DNA from: an uncultured Bacilli bacterium
Lineage (GTDB): Bacteria > Bacillota_I > Bacilli_A > RF39 > UBA660
DNA length: 34,650 nt
Assembly: GCA_944358665.1 (NCBI GenBank)
Contig: CALVRP010000092.1
Span: 1-34,650 of the forward strand
Reading direction: 5' to 3'
The translations under genes were made by a program, and so were the position numbers. How positions within the stretch are numbered: the stretch's first letter is position 1; each line of letters begins with the position of its first letter. The notes below the pieces were generated by a model. It saw only the letters and a program-made list of their open reading frames with translations, was not told the DNA's origin and ran no database searches. Below are positions 25,051 to 34,650 of this stretch, piece after piece.

Positions 25051-26700
25051 TTGAAAAAAACAGGTTTTTTAGCCGGTGCTGCTATTTCAACATTTGGAAT
25101 AGTCGTTTGTAAAATAATTGGTTTACTATATGTAATTCCATTTTATGCTATTATTGGTGTTCAGGGTGGAGCTTTATATAGTTATGCTTATTCAATATAT
25201 AATATGTTTTTAAATCTTGCAACTAGTGGTATTCCAGTAGCTATGAGTAAAGTAATTAGTGAATATAATGCTAAAGGATATTATAATACTAAAGAAAGAA
25301 CTTTTAAGGTTGGGCTTAAAATAATTACGGTTTTAGGAATATTGTCTTTTTTAGCTTTATTTATTTTCGCTCCACAAATTGCTTATTTAATAATTGGTGA
25401 TGTTAAAGGTGGAAATAGTATTGAAGATGTTACAATGGTTATTAGAGTTATTTCTACGGCTATTTTAGTAGTGCCTTTTTTAAGTGTATCTAAGGGGTAT
25501 TTACAAGGGCATAAGATTATGACAACCTCTTCTGTTGCTAATATTTTAGAGCAGGTAGTTCGTGTTATCGTAATTTTAGCTGGTTCATTCTTTGCTTTAA
25601 AAGTTTTCCATTTATCTTTAAATACGGCGGTTGGCGTTGCCGTATTTGGTGCCACAGTTGGTGCTATTGCGGCTTATTTCTATGTATCTAAGCAAATAAA
25701 AAAGAACAAAAAATCTTTAAAAAGAGATGTTAAGGCTACAACCGTTGAAACAAAAATTACTCCTAAAGATATTGCAAAAAAAATTATTTTTTATGCATTA
25801 CCATTCGTTGTTATTTCTGTTCTTCAGTCAGCTTTTACCATGGTTGATGTCTTTACGGTTGTTAAAAGTTTAGTAGATCTTGGATATACTACAGCCATTA
25901 GTGAAAATGTTATTAGTGTTATTTCTACTTGGGGTTCTAAATTAAATATGATTGTTATGGCTATTTCTACGGGAATTATAACAAGTTTAATTCCTGCAAT
26001 CGCAAGTGCCTATGCCATTAAAAACTTCAAAGAACTACATGGTAAAATTAATGAGGCTCTTCAGGTTTTAATGTTAATAACAATCCCACTTTCTGTTGGT
26101 ATTAGTTTTATGGCTGGTAGCGTTTGGACAGTATTCTATGGTTATGATGAATTAAATATTTCTATTTTTGCTTTACTCATATTATCTCAAATTCCACTAT
26201 CTATTTTTACGGTTATGATTAATACTAATCAAACTTTAAATAATACAAAAGATTCAATTATTGCTTTAGTGGGTTCTTTAATTGTTAAAATATGTTTAAA
26301 CGTTCCATTTATGACTTTATTTAATCATATCGGTATAGAAGCATATTTCGCAACAATTGTCTTAAACATTATTATTGATACATGTGCTAGTTTATTCTTA
26401 CTTTATAGAGTAAAAGTCAAAACCGGTATAAATTACTTTAAATCAATAAAAACTTTTATCAAAGTAATTTTATGTACAGCTATCATGGTTTTAGGCCTTT
26501 CAATCATTAATTTATTTATTCCAAATGTATCTCCGTCAAGATTTATTTCAATTTTGTATATAATTTTATATGGAATAATTGGTGTAATTATTTATTTCTT
26601 TGTTGCTTATAAATCTAATACTTTAGCTGAAATTTTTGGTAAAGATTTTTTAAGTAAAATAAAAGCAAAGATTCCGAAACTTAAAGTGGACAAAAAATAG
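25051..26700 (+). CDS. MurJ/SpoVB/YtgP-type polysaccharide (lipid II) flippase, MOP superfamily
   Basis: TTG start after AGGGTGA. 549 aa and about 14 TM. The N-terminus …GIVVCKIIGLLYVIPFYAIIG…GGALYSYAYSIYNMFLNLATSGIPVAMSKVISEY is typical of SpoVB/YtgP. Confidence 0.75.
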   Translation: MKKTGFLAGAAISTFGIVVCKIIGLLYVIPFYAIIGVQGGALYSYAYSIYNMFLNLATSGIPVAMSKVISEYNAKGYYNTKERTFKVGLKIITVLGILSFLALFIFAPQIAYLIIGDVKGGNSIEDVTMVIRVISTAILVVPFLSVSKGYLQGHKIMTTSSVANILEQVVRVIVILAGSFFALKVFHLSLNTAVGVAVFGATVGAIAAYFYVSKQIKKNKKSLKRDVKATTVETKITPKDIAKKIIFYALPFVVISVLQSAFTMVDVFTVVKSLVDLGYTTAISENVISVISTWGSKLNMIVMAISTGIITSLIPAIASAYAIKNFKELHGKINEALQVLMLITIPLSVGISFMAGSVWTVFYGYDELNISIFALLILSQIPLSIFTVMINTNQTLNNTKDSIIALVGSLIVKICLNVPFMTLFNHIGIEAYFATIVLNIIIDTCASLFLLYRVKVKTGINYFKSIKTFIKVILCTAIMVLGLSIINLFIPNVSPSRFISILYIILYGIIGVIIYFFVAYKSNTLAEIFGKDFLSKIKAKIPKLKVDKK

Positions 26701-26742
26701 TTTTATATGATATATTAATAAAGAGAAGTTAGGGGTGAAGTT

Positions 26743-27978
26743 ATGGAAGAACTTTCATTTTTAGAAAAATTACAAATCCTGGGTAACAATGTAATTGCTC
26801 ATCCCTTTTTTCTTATTATTTTGATTGTTCCGATGATTATTATGTTCTTAGAACGTGATACAACTAAGAAAGAGAAAGATATAAAAAAAATAATTTTATT
26901 AATATATATAATTGTTATTGCGGTTGTCTTATTTATTGGAGGTTCGACTTTGTTTGAACTTTTCGATAATGTTGTTGATGGCATATTTATGACTTTGTAT
27001 TTTCCAAACTTTATTACCTTATTTGTTGTAATTATTATTTCAGCGATTATATGTTTAATTACAGTTTTTAGAAAAAAAATGCCTAAGGCTATTAGAATTA
27101 CTAACTTTGTGGGTTTTGCAGTTGTTCAAACATTATTTTGTTTAGTCTTGGTTGCGATTCAATCTAACGATGTAAACATTTATAAGGAAAATGCTTTATA
27201 TAGTAATAGTGATGTTTTAACATTGATGCAATTATTGATGGGGGCTTTCCTTTTACAAATAGTAACGGTATGTGTTATCACTTTAATCAATAGAATTACA
27301 GAGATGATTGAAGAAAAAGATAATATTTTAAGTGAGGATAAAAAGCCCGTTACTAATAATGAACAATTAATAAGTAATGAAATTAAAGAACATACGGAGG
27401 GAAGACCGGTAGTTCTGCAAGCTAAATTAGTTAGTTTAAAAGATGTTTCATTAAAAGAAAAAACAAAAAAAGATGCTTTGGACGAAGAAAAAAAGAAAAA
27501 AGATTTGCCTGAGGCACAAGAGAATATATTTGAAACAAAACCAGAAAAAGTGAAAAAAGATAATTTCACAAAAGAAAAAGATAGTATTTTTAAAGCTAAG
27601 CCAGAAAAAGTAGTTACTCCTGTAGAACTTGGTGCTATGCCAAATATAGTATCAGTTAAACCGGCCAAGCCACAAGAAAGAACTGTTAAACCGAAGCCAG
27701 TTAAGCCAGATTTAATGAAACCGATGGAACCGCCAAAGCCGAAAAAAACTACAGATTTAAGGAATGTTGTTTTAACTGTATCTAATTTAAAGATATTTAA
27801 AACTAAAGAAACAATAAAACATTCTAGACATATGAAATACTATAAAAAAGCTATTATTAATACTTTTGAAAGTCATCCGATTGAAAATTTAGAAATTATT
27901 AATTTTAACTTAATGGTTGATACTTTGAAAACAATTAATATTAAAAATATTCATACAAATAAAAAAGTTCATATATAA
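26743..27978 (+). CDS. Polytopic membrane protein with a K/E/P-rich C-terminal region, unknown function
   Basis: RBS GGGGTGA. Five or six TM helices, then a charged repeat-like region (…KPEKV… twice, KPKPVKPDLMKPMEPPKPKK). Confidence 0.5.
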   Translation: MEELSFLEKLQILGNNVIAHPFFLIILIVPMIIMFLERDTTKKEKDIKKIILLIYIIVIAVVLFIGGSTLFELFDNVVDGIFMTLYFPNFITLFVVIIISAIICLITVFRKKMPKAIRITNFVGFAVVQTLFCLVLVAIQSNDVNIYKENALYSNSDVLTLMQLLMGAFLLQIVTVCVITLINRITEMIEEKDNILSEDKKPVTNNEQLISNEIKEHTEGRPVVLQAKLVSLKDVSLKEKTKKDALDEEKKKKDLPEAQENIFETKPEKVKKDNFTKEKDSIFKAKPEKVVTPVELGAMPNIVSVKPAKPQERTVKPKPVKPDLMKPMEPPKPKKTTDLRNVVLTVSNLKIFKTKETIKHSRHMKYYKKAIINTFESHPIENLEIINFNLMVDTLKTINIKNIHTNKKVHI

Positions 27979-28134
27979 ATCTTAAGAGAAAATATGAACT
28001 TTTTATTATACGAAGAAATTCATTATATATAAATTACACCGTGTTAAAAAAATTTTCTTTTAGCATAATTTGTTGATTAGAACATAAAATATTTGCTCAT
28101 TATATACATAGAATATAAAAGAAAGGAGCTAATA

Positions 28135-30426
28135 ATGTTTGGAAATTATGAAGAAAAGGCAAGGAAGGTATTAATTGATGCTAAAAAGGAAATGCAAGAA
28201 TTAAATCATCCTTATATCTCTTCGGAGCATCTTTTGCTTTCTCTTTTGAAAAATGATAAGGAAATTAGTGATAAGTTAAAAAAATATGATGTAGATTATC
28301 AAACTTTAAAAAAAGAAATTATTAAAGTGATAGGTAAGGGTTCAAAACCTAGCCCTTGGTTTTTATATACTCCATTATTAAAACGAATCTTAGAAACAGC
28401 AGGATTAGATGCGAAAGAAAATAATAATGGTACCGTAACTACTAGTCATCTAATGTCTTCTTTATTAGAAGAAGGGGAAGGAGTTGCGATTAGAATTTTA
28501 ATTGGTATGGATGTTGATGTCGATGATTTATATAGTGAATTTACTTACAAATTAATTACTCATCAAACTAATAAAAAGTTACTACTAGAAGAACTTGGGG
28601 TAAATTTAAATAAAAAAGCTTTAAATGGTAAATTAGATCCTGTAACAGGTAGGGATAAAGAGATTAAAAGAGTTCTTGAAATACTATCTAGAAGAACTAA
28701 GAATAATCCACTTTTAATTGGTCCGGCTGGTGTTGGAAAAACCGCTATTGTTGAACAGCTAGCAAATATGATAGTAAGTGGAAATGTTCCCGTGAGTTTA
28801 AGAGATAAAAAAATAATTAGTTTAGATATGGCCACATCGGTTGCCGGAACTAAATATCGCGGAGAATTTGAAGAACGCATGCGAAAAATAATTGATGAAA
28901 TAGAATCTAATGACGATATTATTTTATTTATCGATGAAATTCATACTTTAGTTGGAGCCGGTGGAGCCGAAGGAGCGATTGATGCTTCTAATATTTTCAA
29001 ACCCGCTTTAGCCAGAGGAAAACTAAGGTGTATTGGAGCTACTACAACAAGTGAATATAAAAAATATATTGAAAAAGATAGCGCTTTAGAGAGAAGGTTT
29101 CAAAAAGTTGTAATTGAAGAACCTAATAAAGAAACTGTTAAAGATATTTTAATGAACCTCAAAGATATATATGAAAGTTTTCATAAAGTAATTATTGATG
29201 AAGAGATTATTAATTTAATTATTAATCTTTCAGAAAAATATATTTATAATCGCAATGAGCCAGATAGATCAATTGATGTTTTGGATGAAGTATGTGCGCG
29301 CGTTAGTCTTAAAGAAAGCAAAAAATTAAAAGAATATCGTTTATATAATGAGAAATTAAAAGAAGTCATCGCGTGTAAAAAGAAATATATTTTAGATAGT
29401 GATTTTGATAAAGCTTCTGAATATAAAAATAAAGAATTTGAAATTATGAATAAAATAAATGAAATAGAACTTACTTTATATAAAGAGCATCGTAAAAAAG
29501 TTACAAAAATAGATGTAGCTAAAGTAGTTAGCGCTAAAACCGGTATTCCTGTTTATGAACTATTAAATGAAAAGAAAAAAGTTATTAAAGAAATTGAAAA
29601 GAAATTTAAAAAAAGTATTATCGGTCAAGATGAAGCAATTCATGAAGTAACTAGCATAGCGAAAAAAATTAAATTAGGTTTAAATGATAGATGTTATTCT
29701 CTTATGTTCTGTGGTCCATCTGGTGTTGGAAAAACTGAACTTGCGAAATTGTTTGGCGAAGCAGTTTCTGGTAAAAGAAATATAATCAAACTTGATATGA
29801 GTGAATATAAAGAAGCTCACAGTGCGAGTAAAATTATTGGAGCGCCTCCAGGATATGTTGGCTATGATGATGTGGATAATGTTTTAGAGGAAATAAAAAA
29901 CAAACCATTTTCAGTCTTAATATTAGATGAAATTGAAAAAGCCCACCCTAATATTATTAACTTGTTTTTAAGTGTTCTAGATGAAGGATGCCTCAAAGAT
30001 AGTAAAGGAACAACCGTACGATTTGATAATGTTATTATAATTATGACATCAAATGCGGGTTTTGATACTATTAATGTTGGTTTTAATAAAAATAACCAGC
30101 TGAATACAAAATTAAATGATAGCTTTTCGATTCCTTTTATGAATAGAGTTGATAATATTATAGAGTTTAATCGTTTAAAAGAAGAAGATATTGAAAAAAT
30201 TATAAATAATAAAATAAAAGAATTAAAAAATAAATATCAAGATAAGATAGATATTAAAGTATCTTCTAAAGTTTTAAAAGAATTAATTAATCTGACTGAT
30301 TATGAAGAGTATGGCGCAAGAAAAGTTAGTAAAGTAGTTAAAGATAAATTAGAAAATATTGTTATTGAAGCTTTACTTGATGATAAAAAAAGTATTTATA
30401 TTAAAGATATTATGCAGACAGTGTAA
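28135..30426 (+). CDS. clpC: ATP-dependent Clp protease ATP-binding subunit ClpC (class I AAA+)
   Basis: ATG follows AAAGGAG. Clp_N repeats, two Walker A motifs ([16 protein letters not shown]), a UVR-like linker, and DEIEKAH in NBD2. Confidence 0.9.
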   Translation: MFGNYEEKARKVLIDAKKEMQELNHPYISSEHLLLSLLKNDKEISDKLKKYDVDYQTLKKEIIKVIGKGSKPSPWFLYTPLLKRILETAGLDAKENNNGTVTTSHLMSSLLEEGEGVAIRILIGMDVDVDDLYSEFTYKLITHQTNKKLLLEELGVNLNKKALNGKLDPVTGRDKEIKRVLEILSRRTKNNPLLIGPAGVGKTAIVEQLANMIVSGNVPVSLRDKKIISLDMATSVAGTKYRGEFEERMRKIIDEIESNDDIILFIDEIHTLVGAGGAEGAIDASNIFKPALARGKLRCIGATTTSEYKKYIEKDSALERRFQKVVIEEPNKETVKDILMNLKDIYESFHKVIIDEEIINLIINLSEKYIYNRNEPDRSIDVLDEVCARVSLKESKKLKEYRLYNEKLKEVIACKKKYILDSDFDKASEYKNKEFEIMNKINEIELTLYKEHRKKVTKIDVAKVVSAKTGIPVYELLNEKKKVIKEIEKKFKKSIIGQDEAIHEVTSIAKKIKLGLNDRCYSLMFCGPSGVGKTELAKLFGEAVSGKRNIIKLDMSEYKEAHSASKIIGAPPGYVGYDDVDNVLEEIKNKPFSVLILDEIEKAHPNIINLFLSVLDEGCLKDSKGTTVRFDNVIIIMTSNAGFDTINVGFNKNNQLNTKLNDSFSIPFMNRVDNIIEFNRLKEEDIEKIINNKIKELKNKYQDKIDIKVSSKVLKELINLTDYEEYGARKVSKVVKDKLENIVIEALLDDKKSIYIKDIMQTV

Positions 30427-30442
30427 ACCCACTGTTTTTTTT
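30418..30442 (+). terminator. Rho-independent terminator after clpC
   Basis: acagtg (30418-23) / cactgt (30430-35) followed by T8. Confidence 0.7.
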
Positions 30443-30548
30443 GAAAGATAAACTGTTGATTACAATCATTAATATTTTATTTATTATATCATCGAAAAGT
30501 GTTCTTATGAACAACATAGTAAACTTCATAAAAAGTTTAGTCAGTATA

Positions 30549-30575
30549 TTGAAAAAGAACAAAACGTGATATAAT
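30549..30575 (+). promoter_or_regulatory. Promoter candidate upstream of the RhuM gene (TTGAAA … TGaTATAAT)
   Basis: TTGAAA at 30549-54 and extended -10 TGATATAAT at 30567-75. The 15-nt spacer is short. Confidence 0.4.
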
Positions 30576-30670
30576 TTTATTTAGTAGGAGTTATGTAGAT
30601 TTAAATTAAAAATAGTTAAAAAATCAGATATTGTATAGTTTAATTTAAGAAAAGGAGATGATGAATTAGT

Positions 30671-31690
30671 ATGGCAAAAGATTTAATGATTAGAAGTAGT
30701 AGTGCTGAATTTTTAATTTTTGAAAGACAAACTCATGATAAGGGAATCCAAGTTAGATTTGAAAATGGAGATTTATGGTTAACTCAAAGAGCCATTGGCG
30801 AGCTCTATAATGTTGATCGTACTGTAATTACAAAACATATAAAAAATATATATTCTGAATTGGAATTGAATGAACAGTCAACTAGTGCAATTTTTGCACT
30901 AGTTCAACAGGAAGGAAATCGTAATATTGAAAGAAAATTAAAATATTATAATTTAGATATGGTTATTTCTGTTGGTTATCGGGTTAATTCGGACAGGGCA
31001 ATTCAGTTTAGAAGATGGGCCACAAATATATTAAAAGAATTTTCTAAAAAAGGATATATAATTGATAAAAGAAGAATGGCTAACGGAACATTCTTTGATG
31101 AAGATTATTATGATTTATTATTAGCAGAAATAAGAGAAATAAGGTTATCTGAAAGAAGGTTTTATCAAAAAATTACCGATATTTATGCTACTAGCATTGA
31201 TTATGATAGAAAATCGCCGACAACAATTAAATTTTTTAAAAAAGTACAAAACAAAATGCACTATGCAGTATCACATCAAACCGCTGCTGAAATTATTTAT
31301 AATAGATCAAATGCTGAAAATGAGCATATGGGGCTTACAAATTGGAAAAACTCACCAAAGGGTAAAATACTGGAAACAGATGTGATAATTGCTAAGAACT
31401 ATTTATCTAAAGATGAATTAGAACAACTAGAATTAATTGTTACAGCTTTTTTAGATTTGGCTGAAGCTAGAGCCAAAAGACATATACCTATGACTATGGA
31501 AGATTGGGCTACTAGAATCGATAAATTTTTATTGTCTGATGATAGAGATATATTAAAAGATGCTGGTAAAATATCTCATGAAATAGCTTGTGATAAGGCT
31601 TTAACTGAATTTGAAAGATATAGAGTGAAACAAGACAAATTATATAAATCAGATTTTGATTTATTGTTAGAAGAAATAGATAAATCATAA
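30671..31690 (+). CDS. RhuM-family (virulence protein RhuM-like) protein
   Basis: …FENGDLWLTQRAIGELYNVDRTVITKHIKNIY…YYNLDMVISVGYRVNSDRAIQFRRWATNILKEF…KGYIIDKRRM… is the conserved RhuM core as I recall it. Confidence 0.75.
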   Translation: MAKDLMIRSSSAEFLIFERQTHDKGIQVRFENGDLWLTQRAIGELYNVDRTVITKHIKNIYSELELNEQSTSAIFALVQQEGNRNIERKLKYYNLDMVISVGYRVNSDRAIQFRRWATNILKEFSKKGYIIDKRRMANGTFFDEDYYDLLLAEIREIRLSERRFYQKITDIYATSIDYDRKSPTTIKFFKKVQNKMHYAVSHQTAAEIIYNRSNAENEHMGLTNWKNSPKGKILETDVIIAKNYLSKDELEQLELIVTAFLDLAEARAKRHIPMTMEDWATRIDKFLLSDDRDILKDAGKISHEIACDKALTEFERYRVKQDKLYKSDFDLLLEEIDKS

Positions 31691-31804
31691 TTTAGGATAA
31701 TTTCAAATTGCATAGTAGCTAAACCCTGTTTTTTGTTTGAATTTGCAAAATATCAGAAAATATTATAAAATAGCATTCAATGAAAAAAGAAACAGGTGGT
31801 TGAT

Positions 31805-34650
31805 ATGGCTAATGAAATAGGATTATATAGGCATAACGCAAAAGCTTATGAAAAAGCAAAAAATAATTTAAAAAGTAATGATAGAACTTGTATTGTACAT
31901 GCAACTGGTACTGGTAAGTCCTTTATTGCTCTTCAGGTAATGTATGATTTTATTAAAAATAATCCTGGTAAAAAAATAATTTATTTAACACCACTTAGCG
32001 GAATTAAAGAGCAAGTAAAAGAACATATTAATAAAATAGAAAGAGATAATAAAGAAAAAGGGATAGAATTTCATAGAAAATATTTTGATAATGTAGAATT
32101 TCTTAATTATCAAGCTTTAATTACTAAAAGTGAGGCAGAATTAAAAGCATTAGAAGCAGATTTATTAATAACAGATGAGTTTCATCATATTGGCGCGCCA
32201 GAGTGGACAAGAGCTATTGATGTTTTAATAGAGAGTCACCCTAATATAAAAATATTTGGTATGAGTGCGACTAGGGTCAGAGAAAGAGGTACCGCCAATG
32301 AACAAGATGTTGTAAAGACGTTCTTTAATGGTAATATCGCAAGTGAGTACCCACTAGAAGAGGCTATTTCTGATGGAGTATTACCGGCTCCAAATTATCA
32401 TGCCACTTTAGTTTTTTTAGAAGATGAATGCAGAGAGTTAGAAGAAAAAGTAAAAGAGGGTAATTCTTCTAAAGAAGAAAAAGAAGAATTTAAAAAAGTA
32501 TTAAAAAATATAAAGAAAAAAATAGCTTCAATGGGAGAGAAAACAGTTCAAGATATAATAAATGAATATATAAAAAGAGATGGGAAATATATTTATTTTT
32601 GCCCGCAAGGCGTCGATATCAAAGAAATTCAAAATAATTTTTTAGAAATGTTTACCGAAGAAGAAAGAAAAAATATAGAATTTTATACAGTTCATAGTTC
32701 AAAATATACAAGCAAAGAAAATGAAACTATGTCAAATAATTTTTATCACAATATTACTAGTGATGGTAAGGATGCTAAAAGAAAATTAAGAATAATGTTT
32801 GCTATTAATATGTATAATGAAGGTATTCATGTTCCTGATATTGATGGAGTAATAATGGGAAGAAATACAGAGTCAGATATAATATTTTACCAACAATTAG
32901 GAAGAGCCTTAGCTGTTAAGAAAAAAGATGACAATGATGAAAGTATTATAGAATCACCATTAGTAATAGATCTTCAAGATAATTTTAGAAAAATATTAAA
33001 ATTATATAAAGAAGTCAAACGTAAAATCACGGAAAAGGAAAATTATTATCAAAACGAAACATCTGTAAAAGACAAAAGAGAATTGTTTTATACTTTCGGA
33101 ATAGATGATGAAATTATAAATATTGTAGAAGAGTTAGATAATGTAAAAGCAAGGCTTAATTTTAAATTAACCTTTGAAGAAAAAATGAAAGAATTTTTGG
33201 AATATATAAGAAATAACCCAATTCCCTCAAAGACTAATAAAACAGTAACATTTAATGATAACGTTCCAATGGGAAGTTGGTGGAATGTTAATAAGAAAAA
33301 AGTTTATGAAATGCAAGAAGAAAATAAAGTGGCTAAAGAAATAGTTGTTATAATATTAAAAAAAGAGCCAAATTATTTTTTAGAAAAATTAACCTTTGAA
33401 GAAAAAATGAAAGAGTTTTTGGAATATATTAAAAAAAATGAAATCCCAACTGATGATTCTCCTGCTTGCTTTTCAGATGGCACAAAAATGGGGTATTGGT
33501 GGAGTGATAATAAAAAAATAATATATAATTTACAAGCAGAAAGTGAAATTGCTAAACAAATTATTGAAATTTACAACAAAAAAAGAAGGTTAAGTAAAAA
33601 AGAAAAAAAGCAAAGATTTTTAGCATATATTAAAGAAAATTCTGTTCCAACGCAAAAAGATGGTGCGCTGTTTAGCGATGGCACTCAAATGTATGAATGG
33701 TGGCGGGGTAATAAAAAAATGATATCACAATCACAATACGAAGATGAATTAGCCCGGCAAATTATGGATGTAGTAAATTCACAACTACCATCATTAGAAA
33801 AAAAAATAGCTGAACTTTTAGACTTTATTGAAAAATACGGTTATATACCAACTAAAAGAGACCAAAAAGCTGAATTTACTGATGGTACTAAAATTGGATG
33901 TTGGTGGCATAATCATAAAAATGAAATCCTTGAAATATATGATATTAATGAAAATGCTAAAAAAGTCACAGACTTTTATATGGCTAACAGAAAATTATCG
34001 TTTAAAGAAAAGATGGCCGAGTTTTTAGAATATATTAAGAAATATACAATTTCTGAGATTTTAGCTGAAGAAATCAAATTTACAGATAATTCTCTAGTAG
34101 GTAAATGGTGGAAAAAGTACAAAAACAAAATTAACGATATAAAAGATACAAATGAACTAGCTAAAGAAATAATGCAAATAATAAATGAACTTACTGATGA
34201 AGAAAAAATAGCTGAAATATTTAAAATTTATGAAGCCACCGGTGAATTGCCTAATATGGATGACCCGGAAAAATTTAGCGATAATTCAGATGCAATAGGC
34301 TACTGGCTTTATAAAAATAAGAAAAAAATCATAAAATACGCCGCAACAAATTATAAAGCAAGAGTAATAGCCCAGGCAAATGGTTGGTTAAAATTAACCG
34401 ATGAAGAAAAGATAAATGAAATATATGAGATTTATGAAGAAACTGGTAATTTGCCTACTTTCCGTAATCCAAATAAATTTAGCGATGGTTCTGGTACAAT
34501 AGGTCACTGGCTTTATAAAAATAAGGAAAAAATCATAAAATACGCTGAAACAAATTATAAAGCAAGAGTAATAGCCCAGGAAAAAGGTTGGTCAAAACCT
34601 TCAGCGTTCCAAGAAGAAAAACCAAAGGTGATTAGTAAATTAATAATAAA
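31805..34650 (+). CDS. SF2 (DExH, ResIII-type) helicase with C-terminal tandem helicase-associated (HA) domains; 3' end beyond the window
   Basis: Open frame from ATG 31805 to the window end; it is absent from the ORF track because no stop is reached. Motif I is HATGTGKS, II DEFHH, III SAT (GMSAT) and VI QQLGRALA. At least 7 repeats of about 60-70 aa of the type L(T/S)xEEKxxEFLxYI…P…F(S/T)DG…G.WW…NK follow. Confidence 0.8.
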   Translation, partial: MANEIGLYRHNAKAYEKAKNNLKSNDRTCIVHATGTGKSFIALQVMYDFIKNNPGKKIIYLTPLSGIKEQVKEHINKIERDNKEKGIEFHRKYFDNVEFLNYQALITKSEAELKALEADLLITDEFHHIGAPEWTRAIDVLIESHPNIKIFGMSATRVRERGTANEQDVVKTFFNGNIASEYPLEEAISDGVLPAPNYHATLVFLEDECRELEEKVKEGNSSKEEKEEFKKVLKNIKKKIASMGEKTVQDIINEYIKRDGKYIYFCPQGVDIKEIQNNFLEMFTEEERKNIEFYTVHSSKYTSKENETMSNNFYHNITSDGKDAKRKLRIMFAINMYNEGIHVPDIDGVIMGRNTESDIIFYQQLGRALAVKKKDDNDESIIESPLVIDLQDNFRKILKLYKEVKRKITEKENYYQNETSVKDKRELFYTFGIDDEIINIVEELDNVKARLNFKLTFEEKMKEFLEYIRNNPIPSKTNKTVTFNDNVPMGSWWNVNKKKVYEMQEENKVAKEIVVIILKKEPNYFLEKLTFEEKMKEFLEYIKKNEIPTDDSPACFSDGTKMGYWWSDNKKIIYNLQAESEIAKQIIEIYNKKRRLSKKEKKQRFLAYIKENSVPTQKDGALFSDGTQMYEWWRGNKKMISQSQYEDELARQIMDVVNSQLPSLEKKIAELLDFIEKYGYIPTKRDQKAEFTDGTKIGCWWHNHKNEILEIYDINENAKKVTDFYMANRKLSFKEKMAEFLEYIKKYTISEILAEEIKFTDNSLVGKWWKKYKNKINDIKDTNELAKEIMQIINELTDEEKIAEIFKIYEATGELPNMDDPEKFSDNSDAIGYWLYKNKKKIIKYAATNYKARVIAQANGWLKLTDEEKINEIYEIYEETGNLPTFRNPNKFSDGSGTIGHWLYKNKEKIIKYAETNYKARVIAQEKGWSKPSAFQEEKPKVISKLII
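33167..34650 (+). repeat. Tandem array of at least 7 HA-domain coding repeats, two pairs nearly identical at DNA level
   Basis: Repeat starts at 33167 and 33389 share about 42 nt with one mismatch. 34302-34387 and 34506-34591 are 86-nt near-identical blocks with about 7 mismatches. Confidence 0.8.

Noticed and set aside
27979-28134. CtsR operator (GGTCAAA direct repeat) or a ctsR-mcsA-mcsB operon upstream of clpC
   Set aside because: No GGTCAAA-type repeat and no upstream regulator genes are present. clpC appears monocistronic here, and nothing positive can be claimed.

Overview
AT-rich, Bacillota-type chromosomal segment using the standard genetic code (TGA, TAA and TAG all terminate ORFs here). 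All family calls come from motif recognition by eye; no searches were run. The backbone is mostly housekeeping. In order: greA, a divergent pyruvate kinase, a GH31 glycosidase broken by one in-frame TAA, and a Leu-specific T-box leader followed by a PD-(D/E)XK (DUF1016-like) nuclease gene, a small membrane ORF and leuS. Then come an Rpn-family nuclease, feoAB, a TIGR01212-type radical SAM gene, a YfcC-type transporter, a DUF45/M48 peptidase, two tandem coiled-coil M23 peptidases, a small Cse60-like ORF, a MurJ/SpoVB-type flippase, a membrane protein and clpC. The window ends with a RhuM-family gene and an SF2 helicase carrying at least 7 helicase-associated (HA) repeats, which runs off the window. 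The stand-out is a complete diversity-generating retroelement (DGR) at about 13.0-18.9 kb. A 962-aa surface-anchored target protein carries a 111-bp variable repeat (VR 15728-15838). A non-coding template repeat (TR 16010-16120) differs from it at 13 positions, all of them TR adenines, mostly in AAC codons. Downstream is a translationally coupled four-gene operon: MutS-domain-I-like ORF, Avd-like ORF, an uncharacterised membrane-anchored ORF, and a DGR-type reverse transcriptase. A divergent XRE-type regulator and a T22 homopolymer lie in the target gene's upstream region. No rRNA, tRNA, CRISPR array, transposase or integrase was seen.
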